Below the pieces are notes generated by a model, which was not told the origin of the DNA, ran no database searches, and saw only the letters and a list, made by a program, of their open reading frames with translations. A stretch of 63,011 bases of DNA, counting the filler, from Saprolegnia diclina VS20 (taxonomy: Eukaryota), in the NCBI RefSeq assembly GCF_000281045.1. It is 5 parts of 2 records of this genome, joined end to end, with 100 filler letters (N's around TTAATTAATTAA, not from the genome) between each part and the next. Parts side by side here need not be neighbours in the genome. Positions count along the whole stretch, not along the records: positions 27,849 to 52,131 come from NW_008246106.1; 4 more parts are not named here. The stretch is one strand, 5' to 3'. Within the stretch, counting starts at the first letter, position 1. The number at the start of each line of letters is the position of its first letter. Positions 35,591 to 47,210 of this stretch are shown here, one piece after another. Made by a program: the position numbers and the translations under genes.

Positions 35591-36311
35591 ATCCAATGAT
35601 TTTGCATTTTGTGTTTGACGGTGGCTGAACCTATGGCTCTCGAAGCTTGTATTCATGTAGCGACTCGTTGCGCTCCAAGCACTTCGACTGGCGACAACCC
35701 TATGTACGTCTGTGTCATATCCTGTCGGTCTCGATGGCCCGCACATTTCGTGTGCCAACGACGCTCTGTGTTGGCGAGGACGCCATCGTCGTCGTCATCT
35801 GCAATGAAGCAAGTGCGTTCACAAGCAATTTTTAGCAAAAACACAAAGAAACTTGGAGAAAAAGACGAAATCGATGGGGAAATGAGGTGTACCAGACCAA
35901 GTGACATCGTCATGATTGTCGAGACTACCGGTTGGTGTCTGACGCAAATGGCGCCCAGTAGAACGTCGACTCGTGCATTCATGGTCACATCGAGAATCTC
36001 TTCGAAATGCGTGATTTTAGACATTTCACTTTTTTCATTAGTATGGCTAAAACAACGCAAATCGCGTCGTCCCTACTTTACCGAGCGGTGGGTACTTGAT
36101 GGCTAGGGCATTTTGCCTCCGTATACTTATATGCGCCGCTACAGCGCTGCCTTGGCTGCGCGTGAGGCAGCAACCGATGACCCTGCCACCGTCCGGCTGA
36201 ACGAGGCGGACCCGAACCCTACCCCAACCCTACCACCCAATATCGTCAACGCACTTCATTTTGGCCCCCATTGGGCTTATACATGTACGACGCGCTCGCG
36301 TCACTCGATCC

Positions 36312-37829
36312 TCACACGTTCATGTGCGATTTCTCTTTTTCCGGGTCGGTCGTTGACGGCGTCACCATGACTTGAAACTCGCCGGTCGTCGGGCCCGACG
36401 ACTCGTTCGAGTGGCGCGACTTGGGCGCGTAGTCGTACGCGAGGCCGCCGTGGTACGTGACGTCCATGCCGTTCATCTCGCTCTCCTCCGAGACGCGGAG
36501 CCCGATCGTGTACTTGAGGACAACGAGAATGACAAGCGTCACCACAAACGAGTAGCCGGCCGAGACACACTGCGCGATGAGCTGGTGCACAAACTGTTGG
36601 CCGTGGCCGTAGAACGCGCCGCCCACAATCGAAGGGTTGACGTCCGGGTTGGCAAAGAGGCCCGTGAGCAAGCCGCCCATGACGCCGGCGCAGCCGTGGA
36701 TCGCAAACGAGTCGAGCGTATCGTCGTAGCGCATGCTGTTCTTCAAACGCACGGCGGCAAAGCCCGTGATCGCGCCGACAATACCAAAGATGACGGCGGC
36801 CCACGGCAAGACGTAGCCACACGCAGGCGTAATGGACACGAGACCAGCGACCGCGCCGGACGCCGCGCCACACGGATCAAACTTTTTGTAAAAGGCAAAC
36901 TCGAGCGCGGTCCAGGTCAGAAACCCAGCGCACGGCGCAAGGTGCGTGTTGATGGCGGCGACGGCCGCGATGCCGTCGGCCGCGCCTTGCGAGCCGGCGT
37001 TGAAGCCAAACCAGCCAAACCAGAGCAGCGTCGTACCAATCATGACCAGCGGTACGTTGTGCGGCTTGACGGTCTCGCCGTGGTTGTAGCGACGGCCGAC
37101 AACGAGGGCGGCTGCGAGCGCGCCAAAGCCGCTCGAGATGTGGATGACGGTGCCGCCGGCAAAGTCGATCGCACCCATCTTGCCTTCCCACCCAAACGGC
37201 TCGAGGGCCCACGACGCATCGAGGTGCAGCGACCACATCCAGTGCGCGAGCGGGTCGTACACGAGCGTCGACCAGAGAAAGATAAAGAGGAGGTACGAGC
37301 CAAACTTCATGCGGCCGACAATGCCGCCGCTGAGGAGCGCGGGTGTCACCATCGCAAACTGCGTCTGAAAGAACGCAAAGAGCACGTGGGGCGTGCCGTT
37401 GCCGTACGTGCCACTCGGGAGCTTCCCAACGTGGTTGTAGAACGTCCACGAGAAGACGCCGTCCGAGCTAAAGGCGGCCGAGTACCCAAAGAGCCAAAAC
37501 TGGAGCGAGACGACCGCCATGCTCATGAACGACATCATCATCGTGTTGGACGCCATCTCTTCGCCGGCGAGGCCCGCGTAGAAGAAGGCGACACCCGGTG
37601 TCATGATCATGACAAGCGCCGACGACATGAGCATCCACGCTGTGTTGCCCGAGTCCAAGGTGCCATCGAGCACCGCGCCGGCCTTGGCGCCTTGGTTGAC
37701 ATAGTCGACGCAGCCGTTGGTCGTCGCATCGAGGTACTGCGATGACTCGCATGTGACGTTGGCGCTCGCAGCGGAGGCGACAGCGGCAAGCGCGAGGAGG
37801 GCAGCGACGCGCCAAGTGGTGGACTGCAT
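36312..37829 (-). CDS. AMT: Ammonium transporter (Amt/Mep family)
   Basis: DSGNTAWMLMSSALVMIMTPGVAFFYAG, AHWMW, DFAGGTVIHISSG, PHN, LLWFGWFGFNAGS, GLVSITPACG and DDTLDSFAIHG; the twin-His pore residues are intact. Confidence 0.97.
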   Translation of the reverse strand: MQSTTWRVAALLALAAVASAASANVTCESSQYLDATTNGCVDYVNQGAKAGAVLDGTLDSGNTAWMLMSSALVMIMTPGVAFFYAGLAGEEMASNTMMMSFMSMAVVSLQFWLFGYSAAFSSDGVFSWTFYNHVGKLPSGTYGNGTPHVLFAFFQTQFAMVTPALLSGGIVGRMKFGSYLLFIFLWSTLVYDPLAHWMWSLHLDASWALEPFGWEGKMGAIDFAGGTVIHISSGFGALAAALVVGRRYNHGETVKPHNVPLVMIGTTLLWFGWFGFNAGSQGAADGIAAVAAINTHLAPCAGFLTWTALEFAFYKKFDPCGAASGAVAGLVSITPACGYVLPWAAVIFGIVGAITGFAAVRLKNSMRYDDTLDSFAIHGCAGVMGGLLTGLFANPDVNPSIVGGAFYGHGQQFVHQLIAQCVSAGYSFVVTLVILVVLKYTIGLRVSEESEMNGMDVTYHGGLAYDYAPKSRHSNESSGPTTGEFQVMVTPSTTDPEKEKSHMNV

Positions 37830-39479
37830 GTGAGCTGGTAAAATGCAAACTGAGGTTTCTGGTAGACATCAGACCCAAAGACAAACGAGTTCGAACCTCG
37901 TAAAACAAAGTTGCCAAGAATTAGGGGCTTTAATTTTTTGAATTGGACGTGACATTAAAATGTCACTGGATTTTTGAGCCGACGATCTTTGGTCGCTACG
38001 GTATCGTTTTTGCAAGATCGCGATCGTCTGCCCACTGCGAGCGGAAGGTTCGTGTGGTTCGGTGCAATTCGAATATTCTTGTGGCCCGTCGACCGCTGAA
38101 TATTCCTGCGGTGGTCCGCGCGATCACTGCAACGTCCCACGGGTGGTGGTCGCTGGTGGTAAGCTCGCTGTCACCGACATGGGTGCAAGCCAATCAGAAG
38201 CGAGATACGTGGCACTTTCGAGACTACCAGCACGACCTGGCGACGATAGCAGACCACATGGTGCAACGCGATCTGAGTTGGAGCTACTCTGTGCAGCAGA
38301 CCAGTTCGACGACCAAGCACTGGACACGTGGCGCCTTGACGAAAGCGTATCCGCAGGCTTCTACTGCTACATCCCACTGTGCTGCGAAGAACGTCAGTGT
38401 TCTGCCGGCTGCCGCCGATGCATTTCTCGGCACTCGATCGTTGTCGCTCGTTCTCGGCCGTGCAGTCACCGCGGAGATGAAAGCAGCTCAATTTTACACG
38501 CGTTTGTAGTAACGAAATATATCTGCTGCGTCTTGCCACTTGAGTGCTCTGGGATATCAGAGGGCGGACGATGTCTTGTAATCCGAGCTGGCCAGCTGGG
38601 ATGTTGTCGGCGTCGTAGTCGCTCTGAGGTCAAGGGAATGATGTGTGTTTCGTAAACGACGCATCCCGAGAACGAGCGTTGGAACTCGAAAAGAGCAGAG
38701 ATGGGAGCATCCAATTTCCTCTTTTATGCGTCGATCGACTTGGCTGCCTACAATCGAGTCATAAAATGAAATGATGCTCCAAAATTAAATAATTGCCGAT
38801 CCTTGGCCTCGTTGTCGACCGTTGCCAGCAGCTGTGTCGTCAAGTGGGCGGTCGGTGACGGGCTGTCATCCCCTCGATTCAATGCAATGGGCCAATCAAA
38901 AGCCACCAAACGACAAAATCGCGCCGAGAAATGGCGGGAAGCGAAAACTGCTCGCGTCAACATGGATCTTGACCCGAGGCTTCTCAGTGGCGTGACTTGG
39001 CTGCGAATCGACCTGGAACGACGAGGCTACTATGTAAAATCGGTGCAGACCAACGACGAAATGCGAGATGCCGGATATTGATGCCGGCATGGACACGGCG
39101 CAGCACGACGCACCCACGCCACTGAGTTGGGCACGCAAAGAACTGGCATGCCCTATGAGAAAAAGAACCGAGATGATAACTTCCACAGCTGGTATGCAAT
39201 GTTGGATAACTCTCCCGGTTACCGCAAGCAGGGACCGAGCGAACCGTGCTCGTCAGCGGAAATAGCTCTGCCACCTGAAGTGACGCTCGAAGAGCATCGC
39301 TCAAAGCAAAGCGCCAATAGCCTTGTGAGCGCTTCCCTTTGATGGCCGAAGTGTGGTCGTCGTTTCTTACCGACGTAGGAGTGGTCGAGTTGTGCTTCCT
39401 GTGGTTTAAATGAATGATGTTTGTGATGCAGCGGCCCAAGCATCACTGCAGGCGATTGAAGCGGGCCCCGAAAAGCTAT

Positions 39480-40900
39480 AAGTGCCACGTGCAAGCCGTA
39501 CTCGTAGAGGCATGTATTGGGACCTTGCGTACGCCGCAAACCAGCCCGTCCTGGTGTAGAAGGAATTTTACTCGCATTCGCAAGTCGCACTCTTGATCAC
39601 GGCTCTCATCGAGCTCTTGATGAGGCATAGTATGACAGAGCGGGTCGTGTTGACGAGGGAGCCATGGCGAGGCTTCGCCAAAACCATGATGAAGCCATCA
39701 ATGCCGCACACAACCAGGCAACGAGTGCATACACCAAAGCATGCGCTCGACGACTGCACCGCCTATGCACTTACGAGCTGGCATCCATTCCTGCCGGCCA
39801 TTATGTGGCTGTGAGCGACTGCTAAATATTGGAGCTTGATCGCCGACGTTCGGCACACATCGAGTGAGCGGTTCATTGAATGATCTCACACACCAACGCA
39901 GGAATCGACTCGTAACACAAAAGATGCTGGCAAAGCCAATGCTTGCAGGGCAGTGTTCGAAACGTGGTGTCACCGATGCCTCTTTGAACTGTCTCGTCAA
40001 CAATGCTCAATTTGCCTCATGACAATATCATGCCGCTACACCGATATACGTCGTCGTCACGCTGTCAAGGAGTGGACGCGGGTACCTTTGTCACTTGATC
40101 GCTCTCAAGTACGCCGTCAAAAGCTGTCGCGGTTCCGCGAAGTTGCATCGTAGCCGTCATGGAAGCACTCGCCGTACCCTGGGGCCGTGCTCAATTACAC
40201 TATCACTGGCCCTTCCAGGCGTTCCCGTTTCAGACCACAGGCGAAGCACCGACGTGTCCCCGTTGCGGTGAGCCCGGTAGCAGTGCCCATACGTTTGCCC
40301 AGTACTCACGTGCCCTAGAGGCATGGCAGGTCGAGCTCGGTATCGTACTGGGCCACGACCCGCAGAGCATCGTGGTTGTAGAGCAAGACAGGTGGCTACG
40401 ACGGCATGGCCCCGCGTTGGTGCTCCCACGGTACCGCTTTCGATCGCGTTGGGCCACAAGATTGGCAGATGCTACACTGCCACGCACTCTGGACACTGGA
40501 ATCAAGTATGCCTCAAGCTTCATGCTCCCGCCAATACGTTGGGAGATGACGCGCACGTTCGGTACGTCACTTCAGACTACCCGAGGCCCAATGCCTGTAA
40601 TGCCAGTGTCGTCGCCACCCCGCGCTCCGACTCATGGCTTTGAGGCGCTTGTGCAACAACATGGTAAACACGCTGATCTCGCCACGAAGTGTCACAAGTC
40701 CTCGCTCTTGCACTTCGATGGAATTACACGGCAAGGCACGCTTTATTTAGGCGGCAGTGGCTCTCTGGGCACCTCAGCAGCACCTTAGCCGACGCAAATC
40801 GCTTGCTTATCGGCAAAAACCAAGGACACAAAAGAGCGCTCAATCGATTGCCCGATTATCAAGTAGTGCGAGTGGGTCCCAAACGCACATCTTGATGCTC
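39480..40900 (+). mobile_element. Degenerate L1-like non-LTR retrotransposon remnant (zf-RVT + RNase H)
   Basis: CPRCGEPGSSAHTFAQY (zf-RVT-like, last Cys lost) at about 40256. LLHFDG...GGSGSL at about 40705 and EWVPNAH at about 40870 resemble RNase H. The frames are broken. Confidence 0.55.
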
Positions 40901-41160
40901 ACACTATTAGGCATGCGCTTGAACATGTTGCGTGTTTACAGTGTTTTTACTTGGTTACAATATATCACTTATTTTAAAACGCAAATGACCAGCTGTGTCC
41001 GGATAGCGAACAGATTGCGTCGATCAACATCTAATTATCAAGCTGACAAGCCGGCAGCTAAACTGGACACTGGCCACTTTGTATCATGTGCGCATAGAAC
41101 GGGCTTTGATCAAAGAAGAGCAGGACACCACAATTCGTTTTACTTCGTCTTCGACACACC

Positions 41161-42728
41161 ATGTCCACTACCCATGTTTGCCCCATCAACGGCTTCCAAG
41201 CTGTTTTCGACCTTCTCGTCGTTTACGAGGGCTGGACCGAGCGCAACGGTCCGTGGGACTGGCGCGTTGCCAAGGACAAGGGCGAGCTTCGGTGTCCCGT
41301 CAACCACGCCGACAGCGTCAAGACGATGATCGACGCTGCACACAGTATTGGCGACAACTCGTTGCGCTTGTTCACGCTCGATCTGAATGCGCATGGTCTG
41401 GCCAAGCTCAGTGCGTTCAACGCTGCCTTCCTCTCGGTCCTTCTCGACTCGCAGACTTATGACATTGCCAAAGTCGACATACAAGATGCAACCGCCATCG
41501 CCGCCGAGGCCCACCCGGCGTCGCTCGTCCCACGCGACGTGTGCCAGGCGCTGTGCGGTCGGTCGCTTGCCTCGTTTGACGTACCCTTCCCATCCGAAAC
41601 GGCCTCGACGAGCCCAGTGTCGGCGATCGTATTTTGGAAAAAGAGCCACCGCGCCTACCTCCTTGGCCCAAACAAAAGCTACGATGCGCTTCTCCAAGCG
41701 CGGCGAGACCAAACACCGACACCCCTTGGGTGCAGTAGCGTCCTCGAGCTTGCCCACCGCGTCGCCGTACTCTACCAGTGCGTTGGTTATCGTATCGCAT
41801 GTGGTTCTCATCACTTGCGTGTAGGGCAAAGCCGCCCAACCCGACTGTCGTCGCTGAGCTGCTTGATATTGCCATCGTAAAGAAAGACTTGACCTTGGCC
41901 ACGACTGTTGTCACGACGCTCGAGACGTTCACGTCGAACGTAGCCCCGCTCGTGCGGCGGTCTCGCCGTCTCGTCGCAATCTTTGGCTGGACGGCGCTTC
42001 GAAGCTCGTTTGCTGCGCACTTTTCGCGCAGTCTGAAGTCGTGGGACCACGTGACGACGGCTCTGTCGTGGACGTATGCGCTTGTAACGATGGACGCCAC
42101 GCGCAATGCGAACGAGTTGCTCGACAAGGCCTGGTTGGCCATGGGTCGCTGCTTTGCCGGCTTGAGCGGGTCGCCGAAATCGCTGACGAATCTTTTGCAC
42201 CATGTGCTCGTGCTCTACGACGAGACCGAAGCACGGGCGGATCATTCACGTGCCGTGGCTGTGCGCCTCCTTCAGCCGACGCTGCCCGACGAAGTGGTCC
42301 GTAACGTGACTCGGTTCCTTCCCAAGCGTAGCGCAGCGCCGGACGCTGCATGCGCGACCCTTCTCGACACACGATTTCGCTCGGCCCAGAGCACCTTGAG
42401 GTCGCTTCTTCCGCTTTTGGCGGCGACAGTCGCGATGCGGCCCACGTTGCGCATGGACCCGTGTATCGGCCACGTCATCAAGGCGCTGGCCTACATGGAA
42501 ACGCTGCCGGATCCGCTGTACAAAGAGGTGACAGCGCACCTCGACGTCCTTGGGTCGCGCGTCATCCCGGGTCTCTCCAAGCTAGCATCTCGCGGGCTGC
42601 TCACAAGACAGATGCTCGACTATTTCAAACGCACCACCGGATCCCAGAATAACGTGGCGCGACCACAGACGGTTCGCGATGCAGTGGCGCTTGTCGTGGA
42701 CCAGGGCCAACCCATTGCAGCGTGTTAG
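41161..42728 (+). CDS. Hypothetical protein, truncated/divergent relative of the 47211-50116 family
   Basis: Two ORFs joined by an intron at 41778-41824. Shares YDIAKV, AIVFWKKSHR, IFGWTAL and LPDEVVRNVTRFL motifs with the 47.2-50.1 kb gene. Both ends are uncertain. Confidence 0.55.
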
Positions 42729-43183
42729 CTACATAATTATTACCGGTATATGTAACAATGCACTAACATACATATACGGCAAAATGGGATATGAAGCTCT
42801 GAGGCATCACGGGGCAAGGAGTGCATCTCAGGTACCGACTTTAGTAAATTTACACTTACTATTCGCAAATTTACCATCAGTTCGCGCGCTGCTGGCAAGA
42901 GAGCTGGATGAGGGCCTCTGTCCCAGAACATGATATGTGCTGCATGGGATGACGACCCGTTTGGCGTCAAGTCCAGTGACGCAGTCGGCGGGTTGTTGCG
43001 CGCTGGAATCCTGGAGTGAGTGTCAGTGCGTGAGTGTTTATCAAGTTGTGAGCGGATATAGTGTTACAGGGCCCAAAAAAAAACCAAAAAGTGAAAAAAC
43101 CGGGCATCACACTATTGTCGATGGACGCGAATAGTGTATGAATATTATCTCGTATCGCATTTCATTTGTGATATTGGCGGCCC

Positions 43184-46100
43184 ATGAGCAGAGGCAAGAT
43201 GCAGCGACCGACGGCGGTGGCCACGCCGCCGATGGACTGCGCGATCGACGACCTGGGCCAGCTGAGCTTCATGCAACTCTATGCCAAGCAGAGCCTGGAC
43301 GTCCGTGGCGTTCTGCGGCAGCTCGTCCAGGACCTCGACGAGACTGCCCCGTTCGCCGACGATGGCAGCGACGACAGTCTGCGCTGCATGCAGGACGACA
43401 TAGACCTGCTCCAGCAGTCGTCTTCGGTGCCATCGCACGCGAGCATGACGCAAAACCGGGTGGGCAAGCCGATGCGTCGGTTTCCATCGGCTGTGCCGCC
43501 GGGCGCGCCCCGCACCGTACTGCAGCTACCGGACGCACTGTACCTTCCCGTCGAGCAGCTCGACTGGGAACAGGATATTGTATGGGGCGACGCGCCTTGC
43601 TTGGGATCAGCGTCTGTCATGACATTGGAGGAGAACACGACGCAGCGCCCAAAGGTCGCGAGCCGGGTGTGCACACGACCGCCCACCGCCATGCTTCACG
43701 ACATAGATAGCAGGCGGAGCTGTACTACATCGCAGTCGCTAGAAGCAGCGCAAAAAGTACTGTTTGACATGACTCTTCCGCGCACCTATCGCTGGGAAGC
43801 CCCGTCCTCTCTCGGACAGAGCACGCGTCAAGAGCTCGCACCGACGCTCACGTGTCCTCTGAACCCGTCGTTGGACGACGGCGCGTGGCTCAACGCTGTC
43901 GCGTGGGACTGCTGCCTCGACATGCCACCGTCCCAGGTCGTCCTCGACGCGAATGACACGCAGATTGTGCTCTCGTCCTCGGCGGCGGAGCGCATCCCGT
44001 TGCTGATTCCGAGTTGTCCGGTCAGTATCTTTGAGAAACGCCGGGAGGCGAGTCGGGTCGAAGAGGCAAAGAAGGGGCGGCTTCAAGTGGCGACCGACAC
44101 GTTGGCTCTGGACGACGCGACGGCCGCTGTCGCCGACACCGAGCGAACGACGCACCGCAGAGACACGCGCCGTCGTCACCACATGGCGAGTGTGCACCAC
44201 TCGGTTCCGGCGACGCAGCTCACGTGGGCGACGCCCGAGCTCTCGCCGCAGCAGCTCCGTGACCTGCACCGGCCGCGCGGCAAGTTTTGCAGTGACGAGC
44301 GCCTCGTCATCGCCCCCGCACGAGACGCGGCGGCGGCATTTGTCAATACAGAAGCCACGCACGTGATGACGGCCTCCGACTTGAGCTCGACAGGCGGCGG
44401 AAAGCTCATTCTTCTCGAGTACGTCGAGCAGCACCCGCCGGTGCTGTCGCATCCAGGCATGGCATCGCGCCTCTTGCACTTCTGGCGTCCGTCCAGCGAG
44501 ACGACCGCGCCGCCGAGCGTCGACCTGGGCGAGATCGTGACGCTGGGCGAAAACGACGATACGCCGTTCCTTGGCGACGTGCCTGCTGGCACCTTGGTCT
44601 CGTCGCTGCACTCGAACCTCGCCAAGATCCCGATCTTCCAGCACACGCCGCGCGCGTTGATGCTCGAGGCCACCACCGAGTTTGAGTATTTTCTCCTCGT
44701 GCGCACTGCCTCGAGAAAGCGCGGTGCTTCCGCCTTGTCGCTTCTGGAGCTGCCGCCAGTGTTTGTCGCTGGCCAGGTCGAGCCGCAGATGGAGGTACCG
44801 GCACCCGGCTCGCGCGCCGCCAACAGCTTTATCAAGCCATACATGTCCCTGCACGTCCTTCGCCTCTTCCAGGCGACTGGCAACAACGAGCGCATTTTCA
44901 TGGACGCTGTCCAGCGCCTCTTTCCGAGCCAGTCGATCACGGCCGTCCGCAAATGCCTCAAGGAACTCGCCACGTTCGAGCGCGAAGCGGGCGGGTGGGC
45001 GCCAAAGGCAGCCCACGAACGCGTTACTGACGAAGCGGTCCTTGCCACGCTGACGCCCGAGGCTGTCTGTCTCTACGAAAGCCACTTGCGCGGCCACCGC
45101 CAGCTTCAAGACATGGGTCTCTCTCAGCTAACGAGCTCGGTGGACGTTGCGAAAGCGATCGAGCAGCTCACCAAGCGCCTGAAGAGCCGTCAGACGCAGC
45201 TACAGACACGGGTGCTGTCCCCCCACGGCTTTTCCAAGCGAGAGTTTGCGCGACAAGCCAAAGCGCTGTGGGCGCTCGACCCCGAGGTTGGGAGACCTAT
45301 GCACGATATTCAGATTGCGCGGTCAATCGCGCTGCAGCTCGAGCGCACGCCGTGGCAGTGGACGCGCAACTATGTCGAGTGCCACGTGCAAGGAAAAGGC
45401 ATGCTCAAGCTCACAGGCGATGGCGACCCGTCGGCTTGTGGTGAGGGCTTTAGCTTTCTTCGCGCCGCGGCGACCCGCGCAAGTGGCGCTCTCTCGGCAT
45501 CGACGGCGCTGCTCTCGGGCACATCGGCGGATCTGCGCAAGCTCACGATGAAGCAAGCAGGTGTTGTGCTCAAAGTGCTGGGAATGGACGAGGAAGCGAT
45601 TCGGAAACTACCGCGCTGGGACCGCGTCGCGATGATCCGGACGCTCAGCGTCAAAGGCTCGCAGCGCGGCGAAGTTGGCCTCGACAAATTTGTTCGTGGC
45701 AGCCGCAAGTCGCTCCACGCGCAGCACCAAGCGTACTTGACGCAGTGCGACTTGCGCTACCGTGCGCAGATCGACGCGCTCGCAAGTGACCGCATTGTGG
45801 ATGATGACGAGGACGATGAAAGTGAGGATGATGATGTCGGCGACCTCGAGCACGATGTGTTTGGCGCCAACGGAGACGACCTCATGGCCGCACGCTCGGC
45901 AACGGGTCTTCACAACCTCTTTGCCAAAGACGGCCCCCGATCGCAGCGCTCGACGTTGGTCCTGCAAGCGCGCGACGATGCCGCCGAGCTCGAGAACCTC
46001 AAGCGCGACATGGCCGACACGTCGGGTGGGAGCCGCACCCCGCTCTTTGCAACGCCGTTGACGCAGGTCGCATCGATGGCGAGTGCCACGCGGCCAGCAC

Positions 46101-46762
46101 GCCGCCAAGCGATCAAGCGTGTCACACGCACCGTGCACGAGGATGGCAGCGAGACGGTCAAGATCGCGTTTATCGTCGACCCAATTGCAGTGCAGCTGTA
46201 CACGGCCAACATTAAGAAGGATCACGCCGCCAAAGGCAGTCGCAGCACCGACAAGAACCCCCATGCAGCGTTGGGCAGCAGCCCTAGCAGCGCCTCTACC
46301 ACTCCAACGCACCCTACCAAGAAACCGAAGCGCCGACACGAGGTCTCGGCATCACTGGACGAGCACGGGGCCAGGAAGCGACCCAAGCGGAGCCTCTCGC
46401 GCCTGCCGATCGCACGCCTCAACGCGCTCTTGGAGCGTGTATTTTTCCAGCTGCTTGCGATGCCTGAGAGCGCTCACCTTTGCGACAACAAGCAGATGAA
46501 AGACGGCAAAGGGATGGACCTCCAGCGCATGCGCGGCAAGCTGAGCGATCTCGCGTACGACTCGGTGCAGTCGTTTGGGGACGACGTTGCGCTCATGGCC
46601 ACGAGCACCGTTCTTCTCCAAGGCGACACGAGCAATGTCGCAGGCACCGTCAGCCACGTCGTCGCAAAGGTCACCGCGGCGCTCCAGGACCTCGACGACG
46701 CGCTCCGCCCCCTCGAGCAGCAATTGCGCGCAAGTCGTCCCCCGACCTCTGAGTCGTATTAA
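43184..46762 (+). CDS. TAF1: TFIID subunit 1 (TAF1)-like protein, intronless, with a degenerate bromodomain
   Basis: DUF3591 motifs LLEYVEQHPPVLSHPGMASRL, FVAGQVEPQMEVPAPGS, TPEAVCLYES, TPWQWTRNY, GKGMLKLTGDGDPSACGEGFSFLR, GTSADLRKLTMKQA and LPRWDRVAMIRTLS. C-terminal MDLQRMRGKL...YDSVQSFGDDVALM is bromodomain-like. Confidence 0.9.
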   Translation: MSRGKMQRPTAVATPPMDCAIDDLGQLSFMQLYAKQSLDVRGVLRQLVQDLDETAPFADDGSDDSLRCMQDDIDLLQQSSSVPSHASMTQNRVGKPMRRFPSAVPPGAPRTVLQLPDALYLPVEQLDWEQDIVWGDAPCLGSASVMTLEENTTQRPKVASRVCTRPPTAMLHDIDSRRSCTTSQSLEAAQKVLFDMTLPRTYRWEAPSSLGQSTRQELAPTLTCPLNPSLDDGAWLNAVAWDCCLDMPPSQVVLDANDTQIVLSSSAAERIPLLIPSCPVSIFEKRREASRVEEAKKGRLQVATDTLALDDATAAVADTERTTHRRDTRRRHHMASVHHSVPATQLTWATPELSPQQLRDLHRPRGKFCSDERLVIAPARDAAAAFVNTEATHVMTASDLSSTGGGKLILLEYVEQHPPVLSHPGMASRLLHFWRPSSETTAPPSVDLGEIVTLGENDDTPFLGDVPAGTLVSSLHSNLAKIPIFQHTPRALMLEATTEFEYFLLVRTASRKRGASALSLLELPPVFVAGQVEPQMEVPAPGSRAANSFIKPYMSLHVLRLFQATGNNERIFMDAVQRLFPSQSITAVRKCLKELATFEREAGGWAPKAAHERVTDEAVLATLTPEAVCLYESHLRGHRQLQDMGLSQLTSSVDVAKAIEQLTKRLKSRQTQLQTRVLSPHGFSKREFARQAKALWALDPEVGRPMHDIQIARSIALQLERTPWQWTRNYVECHVQGKGMLKLTGDGDPSACGEGFSFLRAAATRASGALSASTALLSGTSADLRKLTMKQAGVVLKVLGMDEEAIRKLPRWDRVAMIRTLSVKGSQRGEVGLDKFVRGSRKSLHAQHQAYLTQCDLRYRAQIDALASDRIVDDDEDDESEDDDVGDLEHDVFGANGDDLMAARSATGLHNLFAKDGPRSQRSTLVLQARDDAAELENLKRDMADTSGGSRTPLFATPLTQVASMASATRPARRQAIKRVTRTVHEDGSETVKIAFIVDPIAVQLYTANIKKDHAAKGSRSTDKNPHAALGSSPSSASTTPTHPTKKPKRRHEVSASLDEHGARKRPKRSLSRLPIARLNALLERVFFQLLAMPESAHLCDNKQMKDGKGMDLQRMRGKLSDLAYDSVQSFGDDVALMATSTVLLQGDTSNVAGTVSHVVAKVTAALQDLDDALRPLEQQLRASRPPTSESY

Positions 46763-46877
46763 GATAACAAGCATAGCTCTAGTATAGATTCTTATATTCT
46801 GTTAGCTCTTTTTGAACATTGCGTCACTTGGGCGATGGAATAACGGATGGAATGACCGACGACTGACTACATTTGCG

Positions 46878-46921
46878 GTCTACAACCAGTCTACAACCAG
46901 TCTACAACCAGTCTACAACCG
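46878..46921. repeat. Minisatellite, 4 x 11 bp (GTCTACAACCA)
   Basis: gtctacaacca x3 followed by gtctacaaccg, between two convergent genes. Confidence 0.9.
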
Positions 46922-47210
46922 TTTCCAGTCGCTGAATCATCCGGATAAAGACCGCGTCAGTGCGATGGAGCTGCCGGGGTGTCATTGCACCTGCACTACA
47001 TGTACAGCTATAGGTCGATCTCAAGCATCGTCGCCTTCCTTTTTCAGTAATTTGTTCCATCAAGCAATCGCTGCTTCGATTTTGCACGCGTTACGCTCCA
47101 CACAGCATCGGGCAAAGTCGACCGCACTAACCGTGGACGCCTTGTCGGTGGCAGTGGACTAAGTACAGTCTGCACTACACGTGTATTCCTCTCCAAAATG
47201 CAAATCATAT

